NCBI GenBank assembly: GCA_049969855.1
Contig: JBMFOB010000012.1
Coordinates: 1-41,505, forward strand
DNA length: 41,505 nt
Origin: Candidatus Bathyarchaeia archaeon
Lineage (GTDB): Archaea; Thermoproteota; Bathyarchaeia; Bathyarchaeales; Bathycorpusculaceae
Reading direction: 5' to 3'
The notes under the pieces were generated by a model, which worked only from the letters and a program-made list of their open reading frames with translations, searched no databases and was not told the origin of the DNA. A program made the translations under genes and the position numbers. Positions 17,120 through 26,128 of the stretch are shown piece after piece; the stretch's first letter is position 1; each line of letters opens with the position of its first letter.

Positions 17120-17189
17120 TCAACAAACAAAATCATTAATTAAAACTGCAATATTTCTATAAACCTTCTCTGAACCCATTTTAATTCGC

Positions 17190-17591
17190 CTACGCTGTTT
17201 TTGGGGCAAGCCAATCAATTAATTCTTTGGGATTGTCGCATTCTATTTTAACCTTTACTGGTCCTAGAGGCGATTCTGCCATTTCTTCAGAAAATGAAAT
17301 GTGCCCAGCATAAGCCACTTGCTTATTTAAACAAAAACTTATCGTATTTCCACTTAATCCCTTGAAAAGGACCCCTCGAGCAGCATCTCGGATGCGTTCT
17401 CTTCGCAGAAGATTATAGAGTTTTGTTAAGGCTTCCAAACCCTTTGCCTCTGCTGTTAGCAAACTTCCTTTATTTAATGGTTGAGTTTTTATTTGAATAT
17501 TGCCGAAAACATTTTCCACAGCCCTTTTCACTTTCTCTTCCGATTCTGTTGGATTAATTTCAGTTTCAACGTAAACGCTTACTTCATCCAT
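17190..17591 (-). CDS. DUF54/UPF0201-family RNA-binding-fold protein
   Basis: NPTES..KV, IRDAAR, LNKQVA, SPLGP. Confidence 0.88.
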   Translation of the reverse strand: MDEVSVYVETEINPTESEEKVKRAVENVFGNIQIKTQPLNKGSLLTAEAKGLEALTKLYNLLRRERIRDAARGVLFKGLSGNTISFCLNKQVAYAGHISFSEEMAESPLGPVKVKIECDNPKELIDWLAPKTA

Positions 17592-18145
17592 TTCTCCTCA
17601 ACCTTTCTCAAAACCGCTCTAACCTTTCCCTTGACAATATCCAAATTCTCTTCATTCACTATTAAATATTCAGCCATAGCTATGGCTTTTCCCAACCCAA
17701 CACTTAATTCACGCAGGTCCCTTTCATGGAAAATTTCCCAGTTCTTCGGGTCGTCGCTTCTTTGCCTATGATAAAGCCTTTTAAACCTTGTTTCTGGACA
17801 CGAGTGTATGGCAATTAATGTGAAGTTTGGAAATTGCCTTTTAAATTCCTCAACTTCGCTTAGACTTCTTATACCGTCAACAATAACTTTGCTTTCTCTT
17901 ATATTTTCCATTTTTGGGATACACCTTTTAGCTATGACGCTTTCACCTTCTTTCTGCCTCAGCTCAAGCATTATTTTTCCAAGATTTTCTGGACTTGGCT
18001 CCAAACCTCTATTTGCCGCTTCTTCCCTCACAACATCACCCATAACAACAACGCCATAACCCATTTCCTTAGCCACAGAAACAACTAAAGATTTGCCAGC
18101 CCCAGGCATCCCAGCCAAACCCACAATAAGCTTATTAAAGACCAT
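17579..18145 (-). CDS. UPF0200 P-loop kinase (dephospho-CoA/nucleotide-kinase-like)
   Basis: GMPGAGKS, MGDVVR, DGIRS, RxRSDD, RDxREL; ATG 18145 after GAAGGGG. Confidence 0.88.
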   Translation of the reverse strand: MVFNKLIVGLAGMPGAGKSLVVSVAKEMGYGVVVMGDVVREEAANRGLEPSPENLGKIMLELRQKEGESVIAKRCIPKMENIRESKVIVDGIRSLSEVEEFKRQFPNFTLIAIHSCPETRFKRLYHRQRSDDPKNWEIFHERDLRELSVGLGKAIAMAEYLIVNEENLDIVKGKVRAVLRKVEEKWMK

Positions 18146-18244
18146 TTTACCCCCTTCCCGCTGATTCGCAATGTTATTAACAGATAGCTTTTTACTCATA
18201 AATGCTTTAATGTAAAAAGGTAAAATGCGCGAAGGAATTCCAGA

Positions 18245-18814
18245 ATGCCCGAAATGATAAGAAGTTTTATAGCATTTGACATAGACAACGAATCAATCTT
18301 GAAAAGAATAACCGAAGTTCAAAACTTGATAGTCAAAACTGGAGCTGACTTGAAACTTGTGGAACCCAAAAACATTCACATAACCGTCCGCTTTCTTGGA
18401 AACATCACCACGCCTATGGTGGAAAAAATTTACGAAGAAATCAAAAAAGTTCAGTTCACACCCTTTAATGTTAAAATTCAAGGAGTTGGCGCCTTTCCAA
18501 ATCTTCGCTACCCAAGGGTTGTTTGGGCTGGAATAACCGAAGGCGCCGACCAACTTCGAAGCATCTTCAACCAGTTAGAACCTCGATTGCGTGGTTTAGG
18601 GTTTGCACCAGACCCTAAAGGCTTTAGTCCACACCTAACAATCGCCCGTGTCAAGTCTGGAAGGAATAAGGCTGAACTTGCCAAATGCCTCACTGAAAAC
18701 ACAAGTTACGAATTAGGCGTTGTAAATGCCGCGTGCTTGAGGCTGAAGAGAAGCGATTTAACACCAAAAGGCCCCATATACTCAACTCTTAAAGAGTTTT
18801 GTCCACAAAAATAA
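18245..18814 (+). CDS. thpR: RNA 2',3'-cyclic phosphodiesterase (2'-5' RNA ligase)
   Basis: Two HxT motifs (HITVRFLG, HLTIARVK); upstream of cca. Confidence 0.95.
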   Translation: MPEMIRSFIAFDIDNESILKRITEVQNLIVKTGADLKLVEPKNIHITVRFLGNITTPMVEKIYEEIKKVQFTPFNVKIQGVGAFPNLRYPRVVWAGITEGADQLRSIFNQLEPRLRGLGFAPDPKGFSPHLTIARVKSGRNKAELAKCLTENTSYELGVVNAACLRLKRSDLTPKGPIYSTLKEFCPQK

Positions 18815-18834
18815 AGAGAAAAGGGCAAAAGAAC

Positions 18835-20277
18835 ATGCAAAATAAAATTCAAAAAATCTGTGCAACTGTTCTGGAAAAAGTTACGCCTAAAAAATTGGAA
18901 CACACAAAAGTCGAAGAATTAGCTAAAAAATTGGAAGAGAAGGTTTCAGAAACCGCAAAGGCTTTCGGCGTCAAAGCCAAAGTTCGCATTGAAGGTTCAG
19001 TGGCACATGGTACATGGTTAAGCGAAGATCCAGAAATTGACGTTTTCATGCGTGTTCCAACAACTATACCGCGCAAATCTTTGGGAGATGTATGCCTAAA
19101 GATTGCAAGAAAAGCCACAGAAGGCTCAAAACAAATTGAAAGATTCGCCGAACACCCTTACTTGGAGGCTTTTGTTGAAGACGTTAGAGTGAACATTGTC
19201 CCATGTTATGATACGAAGCGAGAAGAGTGGTTAAGCGCCACAGACCGCACACCCTACCACACAGACTATGTGAAAAAACATTTGAATGAGCAAATGCGTG
19301 GAGAAGTGCGCTTGCTAAAGAAGTTTATGAAGGGAATAGGCGTTTACGGCGCAGAAATAAAAATCGGCGGATTCAGCGGATACCTATGCGAACTCCTAAT
19401 TTTACATTACAAATCCTTCGTGAAGACGCTTGAAGCTTTTGCTAAGCATAGAAAAAGGATAACAATAGACATTGAAAACCATTACAAAGGAAGAGAGAGT
19501 GAACTGCAACTCCTCTTCCAAGAACCATTACTAATCATCGACCCAGTGGATAAGGGAAGAAACGTAGCCTCAGCGGTGCAACCGCAAAAACTCTACAATT
19601 TTATAGCCGCCGCCAGACTTTTCCTAAAAAACCCAAGCTTAAACTTCTTTTACCCACCAGAAACAAAAGCCCTAACAATAAAAGAGCTTAAGCATAAACT
19701 AGCAAGGCATGACTCAACGCTTATCTTTTTAACTTTTCCAAAAGTAGAAGCAGTTCCAGACGTTTTATGGGGACAACTTTACAAATCGCAACGCTCACTG
19801 CACAAACTTCTAAAACTTAACGATTTCACCATACTAAGAGACTTGCCATGGAGCGACGAAAAAAGCATTAACATGTTCATCTTTGAACTTGAAAAGCGCT
19901 TCCTTTCACCAGTCAAGAAACATTTGGGACCGCCCTTAGAAAAGGAAAGCGAATGCGAAAAGTTCTTGAAAAAACATTTAGACAATCTTGGAACTGTTTC
20001 TGGACCCTACATTGAAGATGGAAGATGGGTTGTAAACATTAGACGAAAAGATGTGGATGCAATAGCTTTGCTTAACGAAAGATTGAAAGATGGAGGACGA
20101 AGCGCAGGTGTTGCCGAGCAAATTTCCCAGATTCTCCGTAAAGGGTTCAAAATCTTCGTTGACGACGAAATAGTTGAGGTTTATGAGAAGAACAAGGATT
20201 TTGCGGTTTTTTTAACAGAATTTCTCAATGGAAAGCCGAAATGGCTAGAAGCTGCCAAAACTGAATATAATAGATAA
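18835..20277 (+). CDS. cca: CCA-adding enzyme (class I)
   Basis: GS..GTW..EIDVF, AEHPY, DRTPYHT, YGAE..GFSGYLCE, DPVD..RNVA. Confidence 0.96.
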   Translation: MQNKIQKICATVLEKVTPKKLEHTKVEELAKKLEEKVSETAKAFGVKAKVRIEGSVAHGTWLSEDPEIDVFMRVPTTIPRKSLGDVCLKIARKATEGSKQIERFAEHPYLEAFVEDVRVNIVPCYDTKREEWLSATDRTPYHTDYVKKHLNEQMRGEVRLLKKFMKGIGVYGAEIKIGGFSGYLCELLILHYKSFVKTLEAFAKHRKRITIDIENHYKGRESELQLLFQEPLLIIDPVDKGRNVASAVQPQKLYNFIAAARLFLKNPSLNFFYPPETKALTIKELKHKLARHDSTLIFLTFPKVEAVPDVLWGQLYKSQRSLHKLLKLNDFTILRDLPWSDEKSINMFIFELEKRFLSPVKKHLGPPLEKESECEKFLKKHLDNLGTVSGPYIEDGRWVVNIRRKDVDAIALLNERLKDGGRSAGVAEQISQILRKGFKIFVDDEIVEVYEKNKDFAVFLTEFLNGKPKWLEAAKTEYNR

Positions 20278-21039
20278 TAATGCAACAAACCAGCAATAAA
20301 AGGCAAAAAAGTAAAACTTTTGAACGGCGAGGATTTTCCAAAGAAGTTTTAAAGCAAAATAGCCTACAACCATCGCCACAAAAGCGCCCATTAGAAACTC
20401 CATCCAACCATATTCAGCAGAAACTAACACACCCGCTTCTTTAATCAATTCCAAGCCAAAAGCGCCAAGGATCGCTGGAATCGAGAGCAAAAAAGAAAAT
20501 TTGAAGGCTTTTTCACGTCTTATTCCCAACAAAAGTGCAATAGCGATTGTTGCTCCGCTTCTTGAGATGCCAGGAATTATGGCTATGCCTTGGGCTACAC
20601 CAATCATAAAGGCGTTTGAAAAGTTTATGTTGTCGGTTTTTTCTTTTCCAGCCTTTGTAGAATAGAGGATTATGCCACATAAAATGAAAGCTATGGCTAT
20701 TGGTAGGGGATTTTGGAAGACACCTTCTATAATGTCGCCAAAAACTAAGCCTATTAGGGCTGTTGGCAGTATTCCAACGATTATTAGTGGTATAAGTTTC
20801 CCATTTTCTGATTTGAAATCAAACCGTAGAAAAGCTGAAACTATCTCTTTGATTTCTTTCCTGAAAAATAGTAAGATTACTATTAACGTTCCAATATGTA
20901 ATGTAATATCAAAAAGTATTGGAACTGGCAAGCCTAAAAAATGCTCAACCAGTTTTAGGTGTCCGGTGCTTGAAATTGGAAGCCATTCTGTTAAGCCTTG
21001 AATTATGCCGAGGATTATTGTTTCTATTAACTGCTCCAA
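20245..21039 (-). CDS. uppP: Undecaprenyl/polyprenyl-diphosphate phosphatase (BacA)
   Basis: QGLTEWLPISSTGH, PGISRSG, FSFLL. Confidence 0.95.
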   Translation of the reverse strand: MEQLIETIILGIIQGLTEWLPISSTGHLKLVEHFLGLPVPILFDITLHIGTLIVILLFFRKEIKEIVSAFLRFDFKSENGKLIPLIIVGILPTALIGLVFGDIIEGVFQNPLPIAIAFILCGIILYSTKAGKEKTDNINFSNAFMIGVAQGIAIIPGISRSGATIAIALLLGIRREKAFKFSFLLSIPAILGAFGLELIKEAGVLVSAEYGWMEFLMGAFVAMVVGYFALKLLWKILAVQKFYFFAFYCWFVALLSIIFSFGSF

Positions 21040-21138
21040 ATATTGTTCGCCGCTTTTATCCCTTTATTTTGTGGTTAAGGTTTAAAAGGTTAATTAATAT
21101 AGCATTATTCCTCTAAAATTGCAGCTGGTGCCAATTAT

Positions 21139-21681
21139 ATGAGCGAATATCCGCTTGGAAGCGTTGAAGACCGTGAGATGCTGGCTAAAATGTCCCTTGA
21201 AAAGTTGCTTGACTACTTTTTCCTTCAAATCCGAAACCTGTGGAGAGTTGACGGTTTATACTTTTTAGGCATAGAAAAGAAGTTTGGAACAGAAGCGGCG
21301 ACGGAAGTTGATGCTGGAGTTTGGGAGGCTATGGCGGCAATAGAAGCCAAAAGCCTACAAAAAATGTTTAAGGTTGGCGAAAACCCGGAAATACCAACAA
21401 TAATGGAGCTTTTGCGAAAGTCAAGTTGGGCTTTAGACCAACCTTTCAAGACAGTTGAAATAAGCAGTAAAAGGGCGGTTTTGAGCATCAACCGATGCAG
21501 AACACAGGAAACCCGTCTAAGCAAGGGATTAAGCGAATTTCCATGCAAAAAAGTGCGGTTTGGCTATTTGAAAAATTTCGCAAAAACATTAAACCCGAAT
21601 GTGGAGGTAAACTGCATAGTTTGTCCGCCGGATAAGCATCCAAAAGATTTATGGTGCAAATGGGAATTCAAACTTCCCTAA
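21139..21681 (+). CDS. DUF6125-like / V4R-related protein
   Basis: W..DGL.F...E, CRTQ..R, FPCK, CIVCPPD.HP...CKWEF. Confidence 0.75.
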   Translation: MSEYPLGSVEDREMLAKMSLEKLLDYFFLQIRNLWRVDGLYFLGIEKKFGTEAATEVDAGVWEAMAAIEAKSLQKMFKVGENPEIPTIMELLRKSSWALDQPFKTVEISSKRAVLSINRCRTQETRLSKGLSEFPCKKVRFGYLKNFAKTLNPNVEVNCIVCPPDKHPKDLWCKWEFKLP

Positions 21682-22061
21682 ACTTCGCCTTCTTCTGGAA
21701 TTGTGTTGTCCACAACTTTAATCCATCTTGTGGCTAAAATCTGGTTGAAGTCTTCGCTTTTTGGGTCAAGATCACTTGCAACCAAGTGCCAATGGTCGTT
21801 TATTGTGGCGAAAGTTGAATCCATAATGACAAATTTTGGAGTGTAACTGAAAACTTTTCTACCTATCTTTGAAAGAATATCCAAAGCTCGTTCAACAGCC
21901 TTATACTGTATTGTATGCTCATGCTTCCTATAAACTATCATAATCCTTTCTCTGTGGCCCTTCAAAGTTTTTGTTCTCAAAACAATGAAGGATTGATCCG
22001 CATAGAATATTTTCTCCTTCTCTAAATCCAATTCGCATAGTGGACAATTCAAGGCTTTCAT
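21678..22061 (-). CDS. HIT-fold-like hypothetical protein
   Basis: N-terminal CPLC, KHEH, degenerate triad TINDHWHLV. Confidence 0.65.
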   Translation of the reverse strand: MKALNCPLCELDLEKEKIFYADQSFIVLRTKTLKGHRERIMIVYRKHEHTIQYKAVERALDILSKIGRKVFSYTPKFVIMDSTFATINDHWHLVASDLDPKSEDFNQILATRWIKVVDNTIPEEGEV

Positions 22062-22142
22062 GGAGTTCTGCCCCTACAATTTATCTGTAACTTTCAAGAT
22101 ATAAAGAAACCTCTAAAGAGTGAGTGAGGAGAAGCGATTAAG

Positions 22143-22424
22143 TTGAGGATATTGCTTGACGAAATGTATGCAGGTTTGAAGGAATATTTTGAAACCTTCG
22201 GCTGGGAAGTTCTAACCGTTCAAGAGGTTGGACTTCAAGGAGCACGAGATAAGGATGTGGTGGAATATGCAAAAAAGAACAATTTACTATTGGTCACGCA
22301 GGACCAGAAGCCAGCGGAACTTGCAGAGCTCATGGGGGTCAAATATGTTTTGATTTCTAATGCCATGATTGCTAAAATAGCAAATGAAAGGATAAAAGAG
22401 AAATATCCGGACATAGAACCTTAA
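22143..22424 (+). CDS. DUF5615 / Mut7-C PIN-like protein
   Basis: ILLDEM...GARD..V...LLVTQD. Confidence 0.85.
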   Translation: MRILLDEMYAGLKEYFETFGWEVLTVQEVGLQGARDKDVVEYAKKNNLLLVTQDQKPAELAELMGVKYVLISNAMIAKIANERIKEKYPDIEP

Positions 22425-22438
22425 TGCAGTGAGCGCCT

Positions 22439-22699
22439 ATGTCCACAATTGAAGTTAAGGTTGTGAGTCAGAAGGGAAAATGTGCCTTCGGACATAAAGT
22501 GGGTGATAAAATAGTTTTTGATGGAAAATCTGTGAAGGGTGACATTTGCTATAGTGCCCTTTTGGTTGTGCTGCCCAAAGTTTATGCAATGCGTTATGGC
22601 GTTGAGTTTCCATGGAGCAAGGATAAAGATGTGATGTTCAATGCTTGCCCAGATGCGGAAAACCCCGTTGTCTTTGAAATTCGAAGAGTAAAAAAATAG
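22439..22699 (+). CDS. TIGR04076-family protein
   Basis: GKC..GHKVGD, IC..A, CPD..NPVVFEI. Confidence 0.85.
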   Translation: MSTIEVKVVSQKGKCAFGHKVGDKIVFDGKSVKGDICYSALLVVLPKVYAMRYGVEFPWSKDKDVMFNACPDAENPVVFEIRRVKK

Positions 22700-22712
22700 A
22701 ATTGCCTACTTG

Positions 22713-23786
22713 CTAAACGAGTGTTTTTTGTTTTTCTGCCGATGTAAAGTTTGAAACCCTAACGCCTATCAATCTTATTTTTCTGTCAGCCTTCAAATAT
22801 GTCTGCAATAATTCCTTTGACGTTTTCTTTAACTCTTCTAAGCGGTTTGTTATTAGAGGCAAGGTTTTGCTGTGGGTGTGGGTTTCAAAGTTTTCGTAAC
22901 GCACTTTAACCGTGACAGTTTTAAAATAGAGCCTTTGGTTCAAAACGTCCTTGTGCACTTCTTCTGAAAGCTTATCCAAAGTTTTTAAAACAAGTTCAAA
23001 ATTTGAAGTGTCTTCTTCGAAGGTTGTTTCGCGGCTTATGGATTTTATTTCTCCTCTTTCCTCAACCTCACTCTTGTCAACGCCATGCGCCATCAAATAC
23101 ATTTGGGTCCCCATAACGCCGAAAACTTCCGCTAAAGCCGTGGGGTCGTAGTGAGCCAAATCGCCTATGGTTGTTATTCCCATAGTCTTCAGTTTTTGCT
23201 CAGTTTTTCTTCCAACCCAAAGAAGCTTGCGCACTGGTAATGGTGCTAGAAATTTTTCAGTTTCCTCTTCCCTAACGATGGTTAAGCCGTCTGGTTTTTT
23301 ATAGTCGCTTGCGATTTTGGCGACAAGTTTGTTTGGACCTACGCCTATAGAACAGGTAAGCCCCTCCCTCTCGTAGATTTCTCTCTTAATTTCTCTTGCC
23401 AAAGCTTCAGCTTCTGCATAATCCCTAACTTTTGATGTTACATCCAAGAAAGCCTCATCTATGCCCCATTGTTCAAATTTGTCCGCATATTTCCGTAGCA
23501 AGTTCATTATTCTTTCAGAAACTTTCGTGTAAAGCTCAAAATTTACTGGAAGATAAACGGCTTGTGGACAGATTTTCCAAGCTTTGGAGATGGGCATTCC
23601 AGACCGTACGCCAAATTTTCTTGCCTCATAATTGCATGTGCTTACAACTCCTCTTCCCTTTCCAGCTTTCGGGTCTGCGCCCACAATCACTGGTTTTCCC
23701 TTATGTTCTGGATGTTCCCGCTCCTCAATGGCTGTGAAGAAGTGGTCCATGTCCACGTGGAATATTATTCGTCTTTTTTCGCTCAT
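22713..23786 (-). CDS. dinB: Y-family DNA polymerase IV
   Basis: HVDMDHFF, YEARKFGV, IDEAFLD, KIASD..KPDG, little-finger IRLIGV. Confidence 0.96.
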   Translation of the reverse strand: MSEKRRIIFHVDMDHFFTAIEEREHPEHKGKPVIVGADPKAGKGRGVVSTCNYEARKFGVRSGMPISKAWKICPQAVYLPVNFELYTKVSERIMNLLRKYADKFEQWGIDEAFLDVTSKVRDYAEAEALAREIKREIYEREGLTCSIGVGPNKLVAKIASDYKKPDGLTIVREEETEKFLAPLPVRKLLWVGRKTEQKLKTMGITTIGDLAHYDPTALAEVFGVMGTQMYLMAHGVDKSEVEERGEIKSISRETTFEEDTSNFELVLKTLDKLSEEVHKDVLNQRLYFKTVTVKVRYENFETHTHSKTLPLITNRLEELKKTSKELLQTYLKADRKIRLIGVRVSNFTSAEKQKTLV

Positions 23787-23964
23787 AATTTTCTTTTCCG
23801 ATATGGTTGCTCTAATTTTAGAAATTGATTGTTTGGTGATTTGAATCTATCGCAAAGAGAATGTGTACGAAATTTAGACTATGTTTAACTATACTAACGA
23901 TTTTCCATTCATAACCCTTAATGCCACCCAAACCAAAAAATAAAGAAAAGCTGGAGGAAAAAGC

Positions 23965-24192
23965 ATGAAGGAAATATCCCATGAGGCTGCCCGTCAAATA
24001 GCCATAGAATTCCTTAAACAGAGAAAAAAGACAGAGAAAATAGAAATTTCCACGGTTGAGCAGAAAGGCGACTGTTGGATTGTAAGGGGCACATGTCCAA
24101 TAGATTTAGAAGGGCATCCTTGGGCTGAAAAATTCGAAGTTTTCGTTGACCAGAAAGGAAAAATCAAGTCAACAGACTTTGCACTACTGTAG
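23965..24192 (+). CDS. Small hypothetical protein (helix plus three strands, PepSY-like)
   Basis: GGAGG RBS; 75-aa protein-like ORF. Confidence 0.75.
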   Translation: MKEISHEAARQIAIEFLKQRKKTEKIEISTVEQKGDCWIVRGTCPIDLEGHPWAEKFEVFVDQKGKIKSTDFALL

Positions 24193-24200
24193 AGTCTTTT

Positions 24201-24875
24201 TCAGCTTTGAATTTTTATTTTTCCATCATGAATCGTATAAACTGCATCGGCCACATCAACTATTTTTTCATCATGTGTCGCCACAATAACTGTTTTTTCT
24301 TCATTTCTGTTTATGTCAAAAAGCAAAGCAATAATTTCTTTGGCAGTTTTTGAATCCAACTCGCCAGTAGGCTCATCGGCAATAATCAATTCTGGATTGT
24401 TGGCTAATGCTCGGGCTATGACTACACGCTGCATCTCACCCATGCTTAACTCTTTGGGTCTATGATAAAGCCTATTGCCTAAACCAACAGCATCAAGAAG
24501 CCTAACCGCCCTTTCTCTCTGCTCTTCTTCGGGTTTGCCAGCCAAAGCCATGGGTAGCTCCACATTTTCTAGGGCAGTAAGTGTTGGCAGCAAATTGAAA
24601 GATTGAAAGATAAAACCTATGCGGAAAAGTCTAATTTTTTTACGTTCGCTGGTTGAAAGAAGTGAAGTGTCGATGTTGCCGATGAAAACTTTTCCAGAGG
24701 TTGGATAATCATTTAATCCTATAAGGTTTAAAAGAGTAGTTTTTCCAGAACCTGTGGGTCCAACTATTGCGACGAATTGTTTTTCGCCGATTTCAAAGCT
24801 GATTTTATTAATTGCAATTATTTCTGACAAGCCCAATGTGTATATTCTTGTTAAGTCCACAGTTTTGATTTTCAT
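24201..24875 (-). CDS. ABC transporter ATPase (LolD/MacB type)
   Basis: GPTGSGKTT, FIFQSFNL, LSMGEMQR, ADEPTGELD, ATHD. Confidence 0.95.
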   Translation of the reverse strand: MKIKTVDLTRIYTLGLSEIIAINKISFEIGEKQFVAIVGPTGSGKTTLLNLIGLNDYPTSGKVFIGNIDTSLLSTSERKKIRLFRIGFIFQSFNLLPTLTALENVELPMALAGKPEEEQRERAVRLLDAVGLGNRLYHRPKELSMGEMQRVVIARALANNPELIIADEPTGELDSKTAKEIIALLFDINRNEEKTVIVATHDEKIVDVADAVYTIHDGKIKIQS

Positions 24876-26038
24876 TAGTATTCAGCCTTCAAGATTTCGG
24901 AAATTCGAATTTTTGAAGCGTTTATTGCTGGAATTATGCCTCCAACACAGCATGAGGCAATTACCAGCAACATCACCTCAACCATATATAATGGCTGGAC
25001 AATGACAAATATGCTTGATAAGAACTGACCAATCGGGATTGCCGTGTAAAAACTTGCCAAAAAAGCAGCAACTATCACGCCAAAAACTATTCCTAAAATG
25101 CTTCCTACAAAACCAATTAAAGAATTTTCTAAGAGTATTATTCGAAAAATATGGCTGGAACTTGCGCCTATAGCATCCAAAGTTGCAAAATCCCTCCTTC
25201 TTTCTGAAACACTCATAATTCCAACAATAGCGGTTAAAACCATGCTTAAAGACAAGAGAATCGCTTGAACCGCAATTTTCCAACTTTCTACAAAATCAAT
25301 AATGGGCTTTGTTAGAATGTTCCGCTCCTCATCAGTTAAAGCCATAACATAACTTATTTTGTTTTCAATTTCGCTTGCAATTTCATCTTGTACAGCGCCC
25401 TCCTCGGAATCCACAACAGCCATATTTATCATCATGGGATATCTTAACACATCTTGCGCTTCTTCTAAACTCATAATTATCGAACGTATGAGAAGGGCAG
25501 AAGGACCTTCAAGGATTCCGCAGACACGAAATTCCTTTCCTTTTATATTTATCTTTGAACCAACAGAGATGCCATACTGGTCGGCTATTGAACAGCCAAC
25601 AACAACTTCGCTGGTGGAGTTGGGCATTTGTCCTTTTAGCGTTGCAGAACCTAATATTAGCGACATTTCTTTAACTGGTAAGCCTATGGTTACATTAACG
25701 GGCATTATTGCTGGGTTTCCGCCAAGTTCAAATCCGAAATCCACTATCATCGGAACAACCTTTTCAACGCCATTAATCTTGCTTATATCATAAATTGTAT
25801 CCTGGGGGAAAGGGCCTCCTCCAATTGGGAATCCCTGAATTATGATGGCACCCCTTGGGGCAACCACGATTTTTCCACGGAAAAACGTGTTCATTTCAGT
25901 TATGATTTCTACATATCTGGAAGTTGTGGCGCCAACAGCGATTATGAAGCATGTTGCTATGGTTACTCCAAAAATGCAGAGGGAAGTTCTAAGTTTTCTA
26001 TGAGTTAAGTTTCTTAGACAAATGGCGGTTAGGCGCAT
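24875..26038 (-). CDS. ABC transporter permease (FtsX/MacB type)
   Basis: NL..RKLRT, extracytoplasmic domain, SVSERRRDF..L.AIG, C-terminal PA..AS. Confidence 0.92.
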   Translation of the reverse strand: MRLTAICLRNLTHRKLRTSLCIFGVTIATCFIIAVGATTSRYVEIITEMNTFFRGKIVVAPRGAIIIQGFPIGGGPFPQDTIYDISKINGVEKVVPMIVDFGFELGGNPAIMPVNVTIGLPVKEMSLILGSATLKGQMPNSTSEVVVGCSIADQYGISVGSKINIKGKEFRVCGILEGPSALLIRSIIMSLEEAQDVLRYPMMINMAVVDSEEGAVQDEIASEIENKISYVMALTDEERNILTKPIIDFVESWKIAVQAILLSLSMVLTAIVGIMSVSERRRDFATLDAIGASSSHIFRIILLENSLIGFVGSILGIVFGVIVAAFLASFYTAIPIGQFLSSIFVIVQPLYMVEVMLLVIASCCVGGIIPAINASKIRISEILKAEY

Positions 26039-26128
26039 TTAGGCTCTTCCTCTTATGATGCAGTATTCATTTATATTGATAAAGCATTTAAAGACATCAT
26101 TATACAATGTATGCAAGGTGAAAGAACA

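Noticed and set aside
23787-23960. AATTTC hexamers upstream of dinB as a DNA-damage response element
   Set aside because: Too short and too common in AT-rich DNA to support.
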